DNA of 64,000 bases from Synechococcus sp. (GTDB lineage Bacteria; Cyanobacteriota; Cyanobacteriia; PCC-6307; Cyanobiaceae), in NCBI GenBank assembly GCA_047285535.1, contig JBJBDC010000001.1:136-64135 (forward strand), read 5' to 3'. The position numbers and the translations under genes were made by a program. The notes under the pieces were generated by a model, which was given only the letters and a program-made list of their open reading frames with translations, did no database searches and was not told the origin of the DNA. Of the stretch, positions 1-9,528 are shown piece after piece. How positions within the stretch are numbered: the first letter of the stretch is position 1; the number at the start of each line of letters is the position of its first letter.

Positions 1-171
1 GAAGCTGAAGCTGAAGAAGCTGAAGCTGAAGAAGCCGAAGCACCAGAAGCTGAAGCTGAAGAAGCTGAAGCTGAAGAAGCCGAAGCACCAGAAGCTGAAG
101 CACCAGAAGCTGAAGCACCAGAAGCTGAAGAAGCCGAAGCTCCCGAAATGGAAGCTCCAGAAGCCGAAGAA
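1..171 (+). repeat. In-frame low-complexity tandem repeat (gaagct / gaagcacca units) encoding Glu-Ala-Pro
   Basis: Directly visible repeated GAAGCTGAA/GAAGCACCA units. Confidence 0.95.
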
Positions 172-2172
172 TCAGCTGGCATGTCAATGTTCGTTGACTC
201 ACTCAACTCATATGGCGCTGATGGCGTTGTAAGTAGGAGTGGAGTTGAAAGAAGTGATTCTAAAGATCATTTCTTCTCGATGGAACATGTCATTCTCGAT
301 AAGGAAACTCATGAACTAGAATCCAACTCTCTGAGGGTCAATGATTTAACCCAACCTGTTACGCTTGATTTCAGAAAATCTCAGTATGGTCGGAATGCAG
401 TTCTCACGAATACAGATGAAGCAGCAAAAGGATTAGAGATTTCTAATGTCAACAACTTTGATCTTTCAAGAGAAGTTGGTTATCAAGCTAACGAAGCAAC
501 TTTAAAACTTGCCGGTAAACTTGATTATGATGGAGAGCTTGATTCCGACAAATCAGATGATAACTACAAGATTTCGTGGGATGGCGACTCTCTGAAGGTG
601 AAGAGCCGTTCTACCGCCAATATTTCATTGGATGGAGTTAGAAATGTTGAATTTTATCATCCTACAAATGATAATCTTGCCAAGACTTTCTATTATAAGG
701 AGTTTGCTGAAAAAGCTCTAGAGTTGAATCTGAACTTGGTTAAGAATCCTGTTACAGACCAGGATGGTCAGAACGAGATTGTCTTGCGACAATTCGGTAC
801 TGCCGAGGAAGTTAATAGTGATTTCTACCTTGCTCTGACTGCAAAGTCTCTTCGCGAAGGTGCTTCGATCGACACTCTCGATGTTTCTCTTTCACTTGAT
901 TCGCAGTTTTCAGAAATCTTCGAATTTAACGAACAGAAAGTCTGGCTGAAAAATCAATTCAGAGTTGATGATGACTTGCATGAAAACCCCCATAAGAACC
1001 AGTCTCGTGTCTCTTTTGAAGACAACACAATTCGGTTCTCAGGTTCCGGCCTAAGTGCACTTGACTTGGGAGAAGGCATTGGTTCAGATGATACTGTTCT
1101 GGCCTACATTGGTTTGGACAAGCGCGCTGACATCGACCAGATCGTAAAAGATGCCCGTACCATGGAAGATGGCAAAGTCGTTGAGAACTTCACTCAGGAT
1201 CTCACCTTTGCTACCGATGCTAACGTCGATAGTGTTACTTTCAGTGACCTTTACTCCCTGCGTGATCTTGGCGACAAACACGCCATGATTAATGAGGATC
1301 TGTCGATCAATGTCCGTGCAGCGGCAGGTGTCTTGGATGCAGAAGGTAGTTTTGACCTGGGTACATATCGCACCATTACCAAGTCAGGTGAGGGCTCAGT
1401 AACTAACTTGGTACGTGAAGGTGAGACCATCAATCAGTCCAACACTTGGACAAATAATGGTGAATTTACCTTCACAGATTTGAAAGTTACGAGCACCAGT
1501 CAGGATGGAGTTGTAGCAGTTCAATCTAAGTTTGATAATGACATGACTTCGCTTGACTCTCTAGGATGGGAGTCTTCTAACTCCGTTACCGTCAATACTG
1601 AGTTCAAAGTTAGTCAAGATGCAGCCGGTCAAGTTATTGACACCTCTCAGGCTGGCTATGTTCTTGAAGCCAATGGTGACTATAGCTGGGATACTCGTGA
1701 TAACACTTCCTTCCAGACCAAGCACCTTGTGACCTTCAAAGGCGACCTCAACTATGACGGTCGTGTGAGCATGAAGGATCTTGGCTTTGTCAATGCCGGT
1801 GCAAAAATGGCAAACGAAGGGAATACTCCTTCTGATGTCGATGCGAACTATGACGACACGATCGATATAAAAGATCTTGCTGTCATTGATTCCGATTGGA
1901 ATCGTTCACTCCATACAGGTGATGAAGCGTTCGCTGGCTTTGGGGAAGACTTCACCATCGAGTCCCTGTTCAAGCAGGGTTCCGGTTCCTGGGATTCGAG
2001 CGCTTTCACTCAGCAGGGGGCCATCGAAACAGGAATGTTGGATGATGTTGAGAGTACCTTTGTTGAAGATCTTGACCATCCGAGTGAAGGCTCCAACACC
2101 TTCCTTGCCAAAGGTCTTGAAACCGACGTCATTGAGCTTTGGGAGGAGCAGTACGGAATGACCGAGTCCTAA
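1..2172 (+). CDS. 5'-truncated acidic exported/surface protein: EAEAP repeat, cohesin-like domain, Ig-like domain, C-terminal dockerin-like domain
   Basis: Frame 1 is open from base 1 (EAEAEEAEAEEAEAP...) into the 148..2172 ORF. Duplicated motif GDLNYDGRVSMKDL...DVDANYDDTIDIKDL at about 1741-1900. RFSGSGLSALDLGEGIGSD matches the cohesin-like repeats of the next gene. Confidence 0.85.
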   Translation, partial: EAEAEEAEAEEAEAPEAEAEEAEAEEAEAPEAEAPEAEAPEAEEAEAPEMEAPEAEESAGMSMFVDSLNSYGADGVVSRSGVERSDSKDHFFSMEHVILDKETHELESNSLRVNDLTQPVTLDFRKSQYGRNAVLTNTDEAAKGLEISNVNNFDLSREVGYQANEATLKLAGKLDYDGELDSDKSDDNYKISWDGDSLKVKSRSTANISLDGVRNVEFYHPTNDNLAKTFYYKEFAEKALELNLNLVKNPVTDQDGQNEIVLRQFGTAEEVNSDFYLALTAKSLREGASIDTLDVSLSLDSQFSEIFEFNEQKVWLKNQFRVDDDLHENPHKNQSRVSFEDNTIRFSGSGLSALDLGEGIGSDDTVLAYIGLDKRADIDQIVKDARTMEDGKVVENFTQDLTFATDANVDSVTFSDLYSLRDLGDKHAMINEDLSINVRAAAGVLDAEGSFDLGTYRTITKSGEGSVTNLVREGETINQSNTWTNNGEFTFTDLKVTSTSQDGVVAVQSKFDNDMTSLDSLGWESSNSVTVNTEFKVSQDAAGQVIDTSQAGYVLEANGDYSWDTRDNTSFQTKHLVTFKGDLNYDGRVSMKDLGFVNAGAKMANEGNTPSDVDANYDDTIDIKDLAVIDSDWNRSLHTGDEAFAGFGEDFTIESLFKQGSGSWDSSAFTQQGAIETGMLDDVESTFVEDLDHPSEGSNTFLAKGLETDVIELWEEQYGMTES

Positions 2173-2203
2173 CAAATACTGGTAGGACAACAACCTTAGT
2201 AGC

Positions 2204-2235
2204 AAGCCTCGGTTTCGACCGAGGCTTTTTTATTT
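2204..2235 (+). terminator. Rho-independent terminator
   Basis: AAGCCTCGGT-TTCG-ACCGAGGCTT followed by TTTTATTT, about 30 nt after the stop codon. Confidence 0.9.
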
Positions 2236-2358
2236 GCTCCATTTTCAACTTCTTTGTTCGATATACGTCGTCCTTGCTCTGCATTGGTCTGTGACGGCAA
2301 CTTTGTTCAAACTAAAGTTGAATCATCTTCAACGGCCTCTTTTGGGCACTTATAAGCT

Positions 2359-5300
2359 ATGCCTTCAGTTGCCAATAAGCAGGAATCAGTCTCCGGCATC
2401 ATTGATAATCAAGATGCTGATGCTCTGAGTTTTAATGATTTTTTGCCTAGTGTTAACGAAAGCAGCCAGGATCCATTGGTTTTGGATTTAAATGCTTCTT
2501 ATTTGATTGATAGTGATCAATCAGTATTGTTAGACGAGAATGCAAATTGGGTGAATTTGGATCATGCTATTGATCGTTTAAGTCCTGGTTTAGAAGCTGA
2601 TCAACCCTCAAAATCTGACGTACAAATGTCTGATAGTTCAGACTATTTGACGCTTTATAGTTCTGATCACTTGACTGGTCTTACCTTGGCCAGAGAAAAT
2701 TCCTCGGAAACCTTAATTGACTCAAATCATTCCCCTCTTTTGCGTGATGTCTATCTAGCAGATGGCTTGTTATCTAGAGAGGAATCTATTCCCGCTATAG
2801 ACGTACGAGATCAAAGTAATATTGATGACAATAATGAGATGATGCCGCTAGGTATTGGTGGCGATGCTATATCTAATGATGATTTCTATTCTGTCGATTT
2901 CAATCAATCCATAGAGATTGAGGATGATAGCCATAATTCAAGTGAGAAAATTCTCGCTCAATTGGATTACTCTTCAGAGGCCAGTTCTCATGAGCACTCC
3001 TTAACTGGTGATGAAATTTCTTTTGCTGAAAGCCATGTTTATTCTTTCCTTGAAGATCATCCCTTTAGCCTAGATATTGGTGATTTATTTCCTAAATCTG
3101 ATGAGATTATCTCGCTTGATTTAAAGCCATCGCTACATCAGAGTTATGAGCCATGGCTTACTTTTGATTCCATTAAGCCGGATGCAACGTTCACCGATCG
3201 TCTAGTTATAGAACCCTTGTATATGGATGAGTTGGGCAATTCCATAAATCCTGCAGATGTCAAAAATCTATCGCCTGGCTCTACTTTAAAAATCGAACTT
3301 GTTGTCAGTGATACACGCCCAGCGGGACTAGGATTAATAGGTCTTGAATTGGATTCATCATGGAACCCAAATGTCTTAGATTTTTTATCAGTAAGTCTTA
3401 CTGATTCACTTCCATTATTTCGTAATGAGGGTGAGCTTAGTACTCAATCTAATGCTCTTACTGGGTTAGGCGGAGGATCGCTACCAAATGGAGGTGTTGG
3501 CGAGTATCTAGGTGATCAGCTTCGTGATCACTTCGCTACACTCTTTTTCCAGGTAAAACCAGAAGCCTTATCTCAAGATATTGATTTTCAGTTGTTTCCT
3601 AGAAAATTTCCGGCGTCGAAAGAACTTCATTTTGAATCAGAAGAGGTATTGGCAGTTAATAGTAATCATGTAATGTTAACCGCTATTACTGGTTATCCTA
3701 ATCAGCAGCATGTTGGTGACCATTCCTATACTGCCGTTGCTCATTATGCTAATGGTGAAACTTGGGAAAAAGAACTCAATTTCGTCATTGAAAATTCAAA
3801 TGACGCACCATTAAGCCTGACCCAGCCAAGTATCAGTGGTTATGAAGACTCTCTTCTCGATATTGATGTAAACAATTACTTTTATGATCCTGATTTGTCA
3901 TTAGGTGACGATCTTCAATTCTCACTGTTATCTAATGAGTCTGAGCAAGAAAATTTTGATTGGCTTTCTATAGATGCCGACAATGGGATTTTAACGGCTA
4001 AACCTGATTACGCTGAGGTTGGTTCTTGGGTTCTGCCCGTGAGTGCAACAGACTCTTATGGGCTTTCTGCAACTGCTGATATCAACCTTGCTATCCATCC
4101 TGTTAACGATCTGCCGATTTATGCAGGTGGAGATTTACCAGATGTTTATCTTCAAGCCAACTCTCGTTTTGAATTAGATTTTCCTATTCACTTCTTTTCT
4201 GATGAAGAGGATGGTACAGATCTTAACTACTCAATCACTATTGAAGGAGTTAGTGCTGACTCTAAGTGGATTCATGTAGATCAAAATAGCCTTGCTATTA
4301 CCGGTACTACCCCTGAGAATATTGGAGATACTTATAATGTTGTACTATCTGCAGAAGATTCCGGGGGGCTAAGTTCTGCTACCTCTTTTCAGATAGAAAC
4401 GGTCAGTAAGGAATTCAACCGAGCTCCATTTTTATCTGAAATCTTCCCCACTAGCCAAATCTTTAGAGAAGGCGAGCTTGTTGAATTTGACTTAAAGAAA
4501 TTTTTCATTGATGAAGACACTGTTCTGCTTGGCGACCAACTGAAATTTGATTATATAGGACCTGATTGGCTCAACTTTGATTCAGAGACTGGTGTCGTTT
4601 CGGGTATACCTTCCAATGAGAATGTAGGTACCAGTTGGATTCAGTTTTTTGCTACTGATCTGAAGGGTTCTAAGGCTTCAGGAGGTTTTAATCTTCTTAT
4701 AGATAATGTGAACCAGACGCCTGAGCTTCTCACAGATCCTGTTCAATCCTCAATCATAAGCACTGGCTCTAGTTTTTCTTTGGATATGGGCCAGATTTTT
4801 AGTGACATTGACGTTATTAATGGTGATTGGTTAAGTTATAGTCTTTCTGTTAAGAGTACTTCTTCTCATGGTATCCCAGACTGGTTAGATTGGAATTCAT
4901 CTAGCGGAAAACTTACGTTAACTCCTGGGAGCGATGACCGAGGTCTTCTTAGTCTTTTATTTGAGGCCAAAGATTCGTATCAGCAAGTAAAAAGCTATAA
5001 GCTTGATCTTGGTATAGTGGGTCAGGACAGCCTCGTAGAAGTAAATCAAGCGCTCCAATCCTTACATCTTAAGACTAATTCAAGCTCATTGATAGACATC
5101 GAGAATCTCTTTCTTGGCCTGAATGGTATCACTGAGTTGGACTATAAGCTTGAACTTTTTCAGGTTGATAACGCTGATCAACTCCAGAAATTGGACGCAT
5201 TCGCTCATGATTGGATTAAAATTGTGGATAGGTCAATTCCATACACACCAGACGAGAATATTATTATTCAGCCGAGGCTAACGTTGCTTCAAACTGGCGA

Positions 5301-8300
5301 AGAAATACTCATTGAAAATCTCTCTGAGCTACCGCCCGATTCACAAATTCAGATGATTGTTGATGCAACAGATTATAGAAGCTTCACGCAGAACCCTGGG
5401 CTTATCGGTGTTGATTTGATGGTTGCCTGGGATGGCTTGGAACTCACGACAACATCTACTGAAGAGATTGATCAACGTTTCTCACCAGACTTGCCATTAT
5501 TCAGGAAGATTTCGTTTGATCAGTATGATCATCAAAAACTGCGTTTTACAGGAGCGAGTGTACCTAGTTTCCGTTTGGGTGAAGCGATTGGAGACGACCC
5601 TAACGAGTATCTCTTATCTCTTGACTTTACACTTAAGGATCCATTGAAGCCTGTAACAATAGATTTGAAAATAATTGACGAGAAGTCAGGTGGTCTTGGG
5701 TATGCAATGGCAGATTCAAGTTCTGTTGATGAAAGGTTGAATATAGGTTCTATTAGTACAAATCCTTTGCCTGCTTTGCAAATTAACCCTTCGATAAATG
5801 AGCGAGGAGATTATCTTTTAAAGCTTAGCTCTTCTATTGCTGATTCAGCTTCTAATCACCTTGCTGCTGAGTACTTGGCTTCTGATTCAACCTCAAGGGA
5901 TGCAGAAGGCAATGTATCTCAACTTGTTAATATTTACGTCGGCAATGGTCTTAATCGTGGCCCTATAGCGCTTCCCGTAAATAATCAATTATCTTACAAG
6001 GAAGGTGGAGACTATCTTTATCCATTGGATGATTTGTTTGTTGATCAAGATGACGAATCGTTGAGTTATCATCTTGATTTTGATCCTCATGACCAACAGC
6101 ATTTTAATTATTTTCGTGACAACGTTCATGTTGCTTATCAGAATGGAAAGGCTTATCTGAGGTTTGCTCCGTCAAATCTTTCTGCGCCAATTCACGGTTC
6201 AATTGTCGTGAATGCAAGTGACAAAAATAATTCGTCGCAGCAAATACTTGATGTTGCTTTTACTCCATCAAGTGATGTATTCGCACTTGATATTTCGCCA
6301 AATCATCCACCTCTACAGATTGATCAATTTGCTGGTCTCGGTGATTTGTATGGAACAACTACAATTCACTATCCAGACAAAGATGATAGTTGCTTCTTGG
6401 TTATACGTTCTAATGAAGAGATTGATCTATCTCTGTCACGTGATTGTTTTGATGAGTATGGCTTTAATGATGAAATTTTTACGGCTCTCGAATCCTCAGT
6501 GATTGCGTCTATTCAGAAGCAAGATGATGCCTATATTTATATGGTTCAAATCTCCAAGATTGATGATTTACTAGGAAGAGATGCGTCTGAATTTAATCTG
6601 AACGAAATCCTACTTTCTTTGCCTGAGTCTGTTGACGATGATTCATTGATATTGGATGTGAGAACAGTATCACATCTTGGCTCTGATCCGACAGGTGTTC
6701 TTTATGGATTCAACCAAAGTCAAAATTATAAAGCAGAGATACCCATCTCTCCACACCGTTTGGATCGATTTGTTTCACCTTATCAGCAGAGAATTCTAAG
6801 AAATCATTGCAATCAAGCTAATATTGAATCTCCTTCTTCTTCGAATGTCGTTGCCGAAGATGAAGCACCGAAGACATTATTTGCATGGCAAAGTAAGGAA
6901 TTTTTTGATAAAACATTTACAGGTGTTGTCGATGATACCGCTCCCATCGTCTCCTTGTCAGTTTCTACCGAAGATGTCGATATTACATCTAATACGATTG
7001 ATGATTCGCGTACCACTATTGATCACCTTACCGTTTTGTCCTTATCGGATGAAAGATTTGCTGAATCAGACCCCTCTTATGATTTATCTTTTGGTGAAGA
7101 AATAGTAGATCACTGGGACCCCATATGGTTCAAACTATCTTCCACCGAAGGTTCATCAGAGTTAACTGATATTGACCCTCTTCGGGCTGGCACCCAAGTT
7201 GAAGTGACGATTGATTTGACCTCTTCAGATTTATCGCCTGATGCGTTCAATGCATATAGAAAATTTGTTTCCACCGAAACACTCCAGGATGCAGCCTCTC
7301 GGGACTCTAATTTATTTGATTTAGACGGTAATCTTATTACACAATCTGGATGGTACGACTTTACTCAGCGTACAGATTCGAATGGAAATTTTATTGGTGA
7401 TGGAGCTCGGTTTATTGTTGATACTCATAATGGGATTTCAAGTCTATCAAAAATGGTTTTGACAATTACTGATAATCAGTTTGGTGATAATAATTTCACT
7501 TTGGGAGTCATCGAGGATCCCGGAATGCCCGTTCGTATTGTCAATCGTCTTGCTATCGATGCACAATCATCTTTGATTTCTGAATCTAATATTGTAACAC
7601 GAGCACCGTCTGCCTTCATTAACAATAATGTATCCGTGGATGGTAATGTTTCTAGAAACAATCATTCACCTATAGTCAGTTCTCCTCCTGCAGATAATAT
7701 CTCTTCCGCTAGTTCTAGCCGCACTGAAGCCCTTCAATCTTCTCATCAGATCTCGAATGATTCTTCGAGAGATGTTTTTGCCTTCACAAATAATAGATTA
7801 ATCCCTGGTACGTCTAAAGGACATATCCAGCCTCAACCTCTTTCTCCAATTAAGTCTTCAACTTCTAACCCTTCTATCTCTCAAAACCATGATTTTGATA
7901 ACCCTAATTCTGAGTATCAGAGTACTTCTTTGTCTCGTATTGGCAATACCTTAGCGGGTAGAACTTCCCGGAGTCGTAACCCTTTAGATCTGCTTTCCAA
8001 TTGGGCTAATTCGTTAATTGAATTGTCTGACAAGCCATCAACTCTTGTAGGCCTAGTGCTTGGATTTATTGCAACACCTTTGTTCTCAGAACGTGGTTCT
8101 AAGTACTTGATCACATCTGGAATTGGTACGTCGATACATGTTCATCGACGAGATCCTGATATCGAGGCCAACTGGACTCTTGATATTTTAGATTTGCATG
8201 ATAATTCTTTTCCAATAAGTCTAGTACTAAAGAGTGGTCGTTTCCTTTTGCGGTCTGCTCACGCTACTTCGGATGCAGCCATTGATGATTCGTCCTCAAT

Positions 8301-8643
8301 TGAGGATCTTGTCTATCGCTCTTATGATGGGAACACCCTTTGGACGCTCCTTCAGCATGTGAAGCTTCCAGGGGAGATGATTTTTCAGATCGATCGACAA
8401 TTCCAAGCACTTCTAGGTCCATGTTTAGACTCAATTGATTTGATATGGACAGATTGGCTTCAATCTTTGTGCGATCAATGCTTCCTTGATGGTGACAATA
8501 TTGCAATTGGCCTTGCTTCTTCTTTGATGAATGACCTCAATACAGCATATTCTATTGACCCTTCGCTTGCAGATGCTATGATTTTAATTCAATTTATTGA
8601 TTGTTATCAAAAGCTAGGCAAGAAAATCCCCTTCAATCAATGA
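2359..8643 (+). CDS. Giant surface/adhesin-like protein with cadherin-like (CADG/putative Ig) repeats, two cohesin-like domains, a choice-of-anchor-U-like domain and a C-proximal hydrophobic segment
   Basis: 2094-aa ORF with repeats bounded by NDAP/NDLP/NRAP/NQTP/NRGP containing FxDxD, WLxFD, GxP and ATD motifs. Two GLIGxxL..W...LPLFR...GE.[LI]GD segments. WYDFT...DGARF...TDNQFGD...GVIEDPG motif. Confidence 0.85.
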   Translation: MPSVANKQESVSGIIDNQDADALSFNDFLPSVNESSQDPLVLDLNASYLIDSDQSVLLDENANWVNLDHAIDRLSPGLEADQPSKSDVQMSDSSDYLTLYSSDHLTGLTLARENSSETLIDSNHSPLLRDVYLADGLLSREESIPAIDVRDQSNIDDNNEMMPLGIGGDAISNDDFYSVDFNQSIEIEDDSHNSSEKILAQLDYSSEASSHEHSLTGDEISFAESHVYSFLEDHPFSLDIGDLFPKSDEIISLDLKPSLHQSYEPWLTFDSIKPDATFTDRLVIEPLYMDELGNSINPADVKNLSPGSTLKIELVVSDTRPAGLGLIGLELDSSWNPNVLDFLSVSLTDSLPLFRNEGELSTQSNALTGLGGGSLPNGGVGEYLGDQLRDHFATLFFQVKPEALSQDIDFQLFPRKFPASKELHFESEEVLAVNSNHVMLTAITGYPNQQHVGDHSYTAVAHYANGETWEKELNFVIENSNDAPLSLTQPSISGYEDSLLDIDVNNYFYDPDLSLGDDLQFSLLSNESEQENFDWLSIDADNGILTAKPDYAEVGSWVLPVSATDSYGLSATADINLAIHPVNDLPIYAGGDLPDVYLQANSRFELDFPIHFFSDEEDGTDLNYSITIEGVSADSKWIHVDQNSLAITGTTPENIGDTYNVVLSAEDSGGLSSATSFQIETVSKEFNRAPFLSEIFPTSQIFREGELVEFDLKKFFIDEDTVLLGDQLKFDYIGPDWLNFDSETGVVSGIPSNENVGTSWIQFFATDLKGSKASGGFNLLIDNVNQTPELLTDPVQSSIISTGSSFSLDMGQIFSDIDVINGDWLSYSLSVKSTSSHGIPDWLDWNSSSGKLTLTPGSDDRGLLSLLFEAKDSYQQVKSYKLDLGIVGQDSLVEVNQALQSLHLKTNSSSLIDIENLFLGLNGITELDYKLELFQVDNADQLQKLDAFAHDWIKIVDRSIPYTPDENIIIQPRLTLLQTGEEILIENLSELPPDSQIQMIVDATDYRSFTQNPGLIGVDLMVAWDGLELTTTSTEEIDQRFSPDLPLFRKISFDQYDHQKLRFTGASVPSFRLGEAIGDDPNEYLLSLDFTLKDPLKPVTIDLKIIDEKSGGLGYAMADSSSVDERLNIGSISTNPLPALQINPSINERGDYLLKLSSSIADSASNHLAAEYLASDSTSRDAEGNVSQLVNIYVGNGLNRGPIALPVNNQLSYKEGGDYLYPLDDLFVDQDDESLSYHLDFDPHDQQHFNYFRDNVHVAYQNGKAYLRFAPSNLSAPIHGSIVVNASDKNNSSQQILDVAFTPSSDVFALDISPNHPPLQIDQFAGLGDLYGTTTIHYPDKDDSCFLVIRSNEEIDLSLSRDCFDEYGFNDEIFTALESSVIASIQKQDDAYIYMVQISKIDDLLGRDASEFNLNEILLSLPESVDDDSLILDVRTVSHLGSDPTGVLYGFNQSQNYKAEIPISPHRLDRFVSPYQQRILRNHCNQANIESPSSSNVVAEDEAPKTLFAWQSKEFFDKTFTGVVDDTAPIVSLSVSTEDVDITSNTIDDSRTTIDHLTVLSLSDERFAESDPSYDLSFGEEIVDHWDPIWFKLSSTEGSSELTDIDPLRAGTQVEVTIDLTSSDLSPDAFNAYRKFVSTETLQDAASRDSNLFDLDGNLITQSGWYDFTQRTDSNGNFIGDGARFIVDTHNGISSLSKMVLTITDNQFGDNNFTLGVIEDPGMPVRIVNRLAIDAQSSLISESNIVTRAPSAFINNNVSVDGNVSRNNHSPIVSSPPADNISSASSSRTEALQSSHQISNDSSRDVFAFTNNRLIPGTSKGHIQPQPLSPIKSSTSNPSISQNHDFDNPNSEYQSTSLSRIGNTLAGRTSRSRNPLDLLSNWANSLIELSDKPSTLVGLVLGFIATPLFSERGSKYLITSGIGTSIHVHRRDPDIEANWTLDILDLHDNSFPISLVLKSGRFLLRSAHATSDAAIDDSSSIEDLVYRSYDGNTLWTLLQHVKLPGEMIFQIDRQFQALLGPCLDSIDLIWTDWLQSLCDQCFLDGDNIAIGLASSLMNDLNTAYSIDPSLADAMILIQFIDCYQKLGKKIPFNQ

Positions 8644-8717
8644 TTCCATTGTTTGATGTCAGAGTTCTTGCCATCTCCCTTGATTTCTAGTTTCATTAGT
8701 CAAACTGTCTTTGCTGA

Positions 8718-9527
8718 GTGGCCGATTCATCCTCTACAAGATCTAACGGTTCTGCTCTGATCTCTGATACACCTGAACTCATCGAAGCTCTTCGCGAGGC
8801 AAGCGGTCGTGATCTCCTGGCTTTACTTTGTCGCTTTGGTATGGCAGAAACTTTTCTTCGTCACTTAAAAGAAAGGCAGATTGTTTTTGCTCGTCAGGAT
8901 CTTTCCAGCCCTGATGATATACACCAACAAGCGATATTAGCTTTTGCTAAGGATAATAATTTAGCCGATCTTGATGCTCAAGTTAAGTTCTCCTTGGCGC
9001 ATTCACTCAGTTCTTCCGATTTTATTTCAGAGGCTATTCATTCTTTTAGGCGTAAAGAACTTAAAGAACTTTTGCTCAATGTCTCCGGTGAGACTCTTTA
9101 TCTTCGTTATAAGGATAAGTTAGATCGGGTCTTGTACAGCCTTTTACGTGTTGATGATCCCTTGCTTTGCCAAGAAATCTTTTACTCTATAGAGTCTTCT
9201 GAGTTATCTTTTGGTGAAGCTTCCAAGCAGTATTCAATGGGTCCAGAATCTAAAACGTTTGGGATTGTTGGGCCAGTTGATCTGACAACACCACACCCAG
9301 AAGTATCGGCTCGATTGCGTACTGCGCAAATGGGCCATTTGATCGGGCCTTTTGAGGCGGATAATTGGCATTCGATTATTCGACTAGAATATCGTTTCGA
9401 TAGCGAATATGATGATCAGACAAAGGATTTTTTAAGGGAAATATGCTTTAAATCTGAAATAGGTAAGGACATTAAAGAAGACTTGCATTCACTTACTACC
9501 TGGCTGGCCTCCTCCATCGAAAATTAA
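8718..9527 (+). CDS. PpiC/parvulin-type peptidyl-prolyl isomerase-like protein associated with a cyanobacterial T1SS
   Basis: VLYSLLRV...FGEASKQYSMGPE...GIVGPV...HP motif; directly upstream of the HlyB-family gene. Confidence 0.8.
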   Translation: MADSSSTRSNGSALISDTPELIEALREASGRDLLALLCRFGMAETFLRHLKERQIVFARQDLSSPDDIHQQAILAFAKDNNLADLDAQVKFSLAHSLSSSDFISEAIHSFRRKELKELLLNVSGETLYLRYKDKLDRVLYSLLRVDDPLLCQEIFYSIESSELSFGEASKQYSMGPESKTFGIVGPVDLTTPHPEVSARLRTAQMGHLIGPFEADNWHSIIRLEYRFDSEYDDQTKDFLREICFKSEIGKDIKEDLHSLTTWLASSIEN

Positions 9528-9528
9528 T

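Noticed and set aside
1..171. CRISPR array
   Set aside because: Repeats are contiguous, codon-phased and have no spacers; no cas genes.
1..8643. RTX toxin, or SwmA/SwmB-type motility proteins, as the T1SS substrates
   Set aside because: No GGxGxDxL nonapeptide arrays and no recognisable similarity in the visible sequence; the missing N-terminus of gene 1 cannot be assessed.
1..8643. True cellulosome
   Set aside because: No glycoside hydrolase or CBM motif recognised, and the host is a phototroph.
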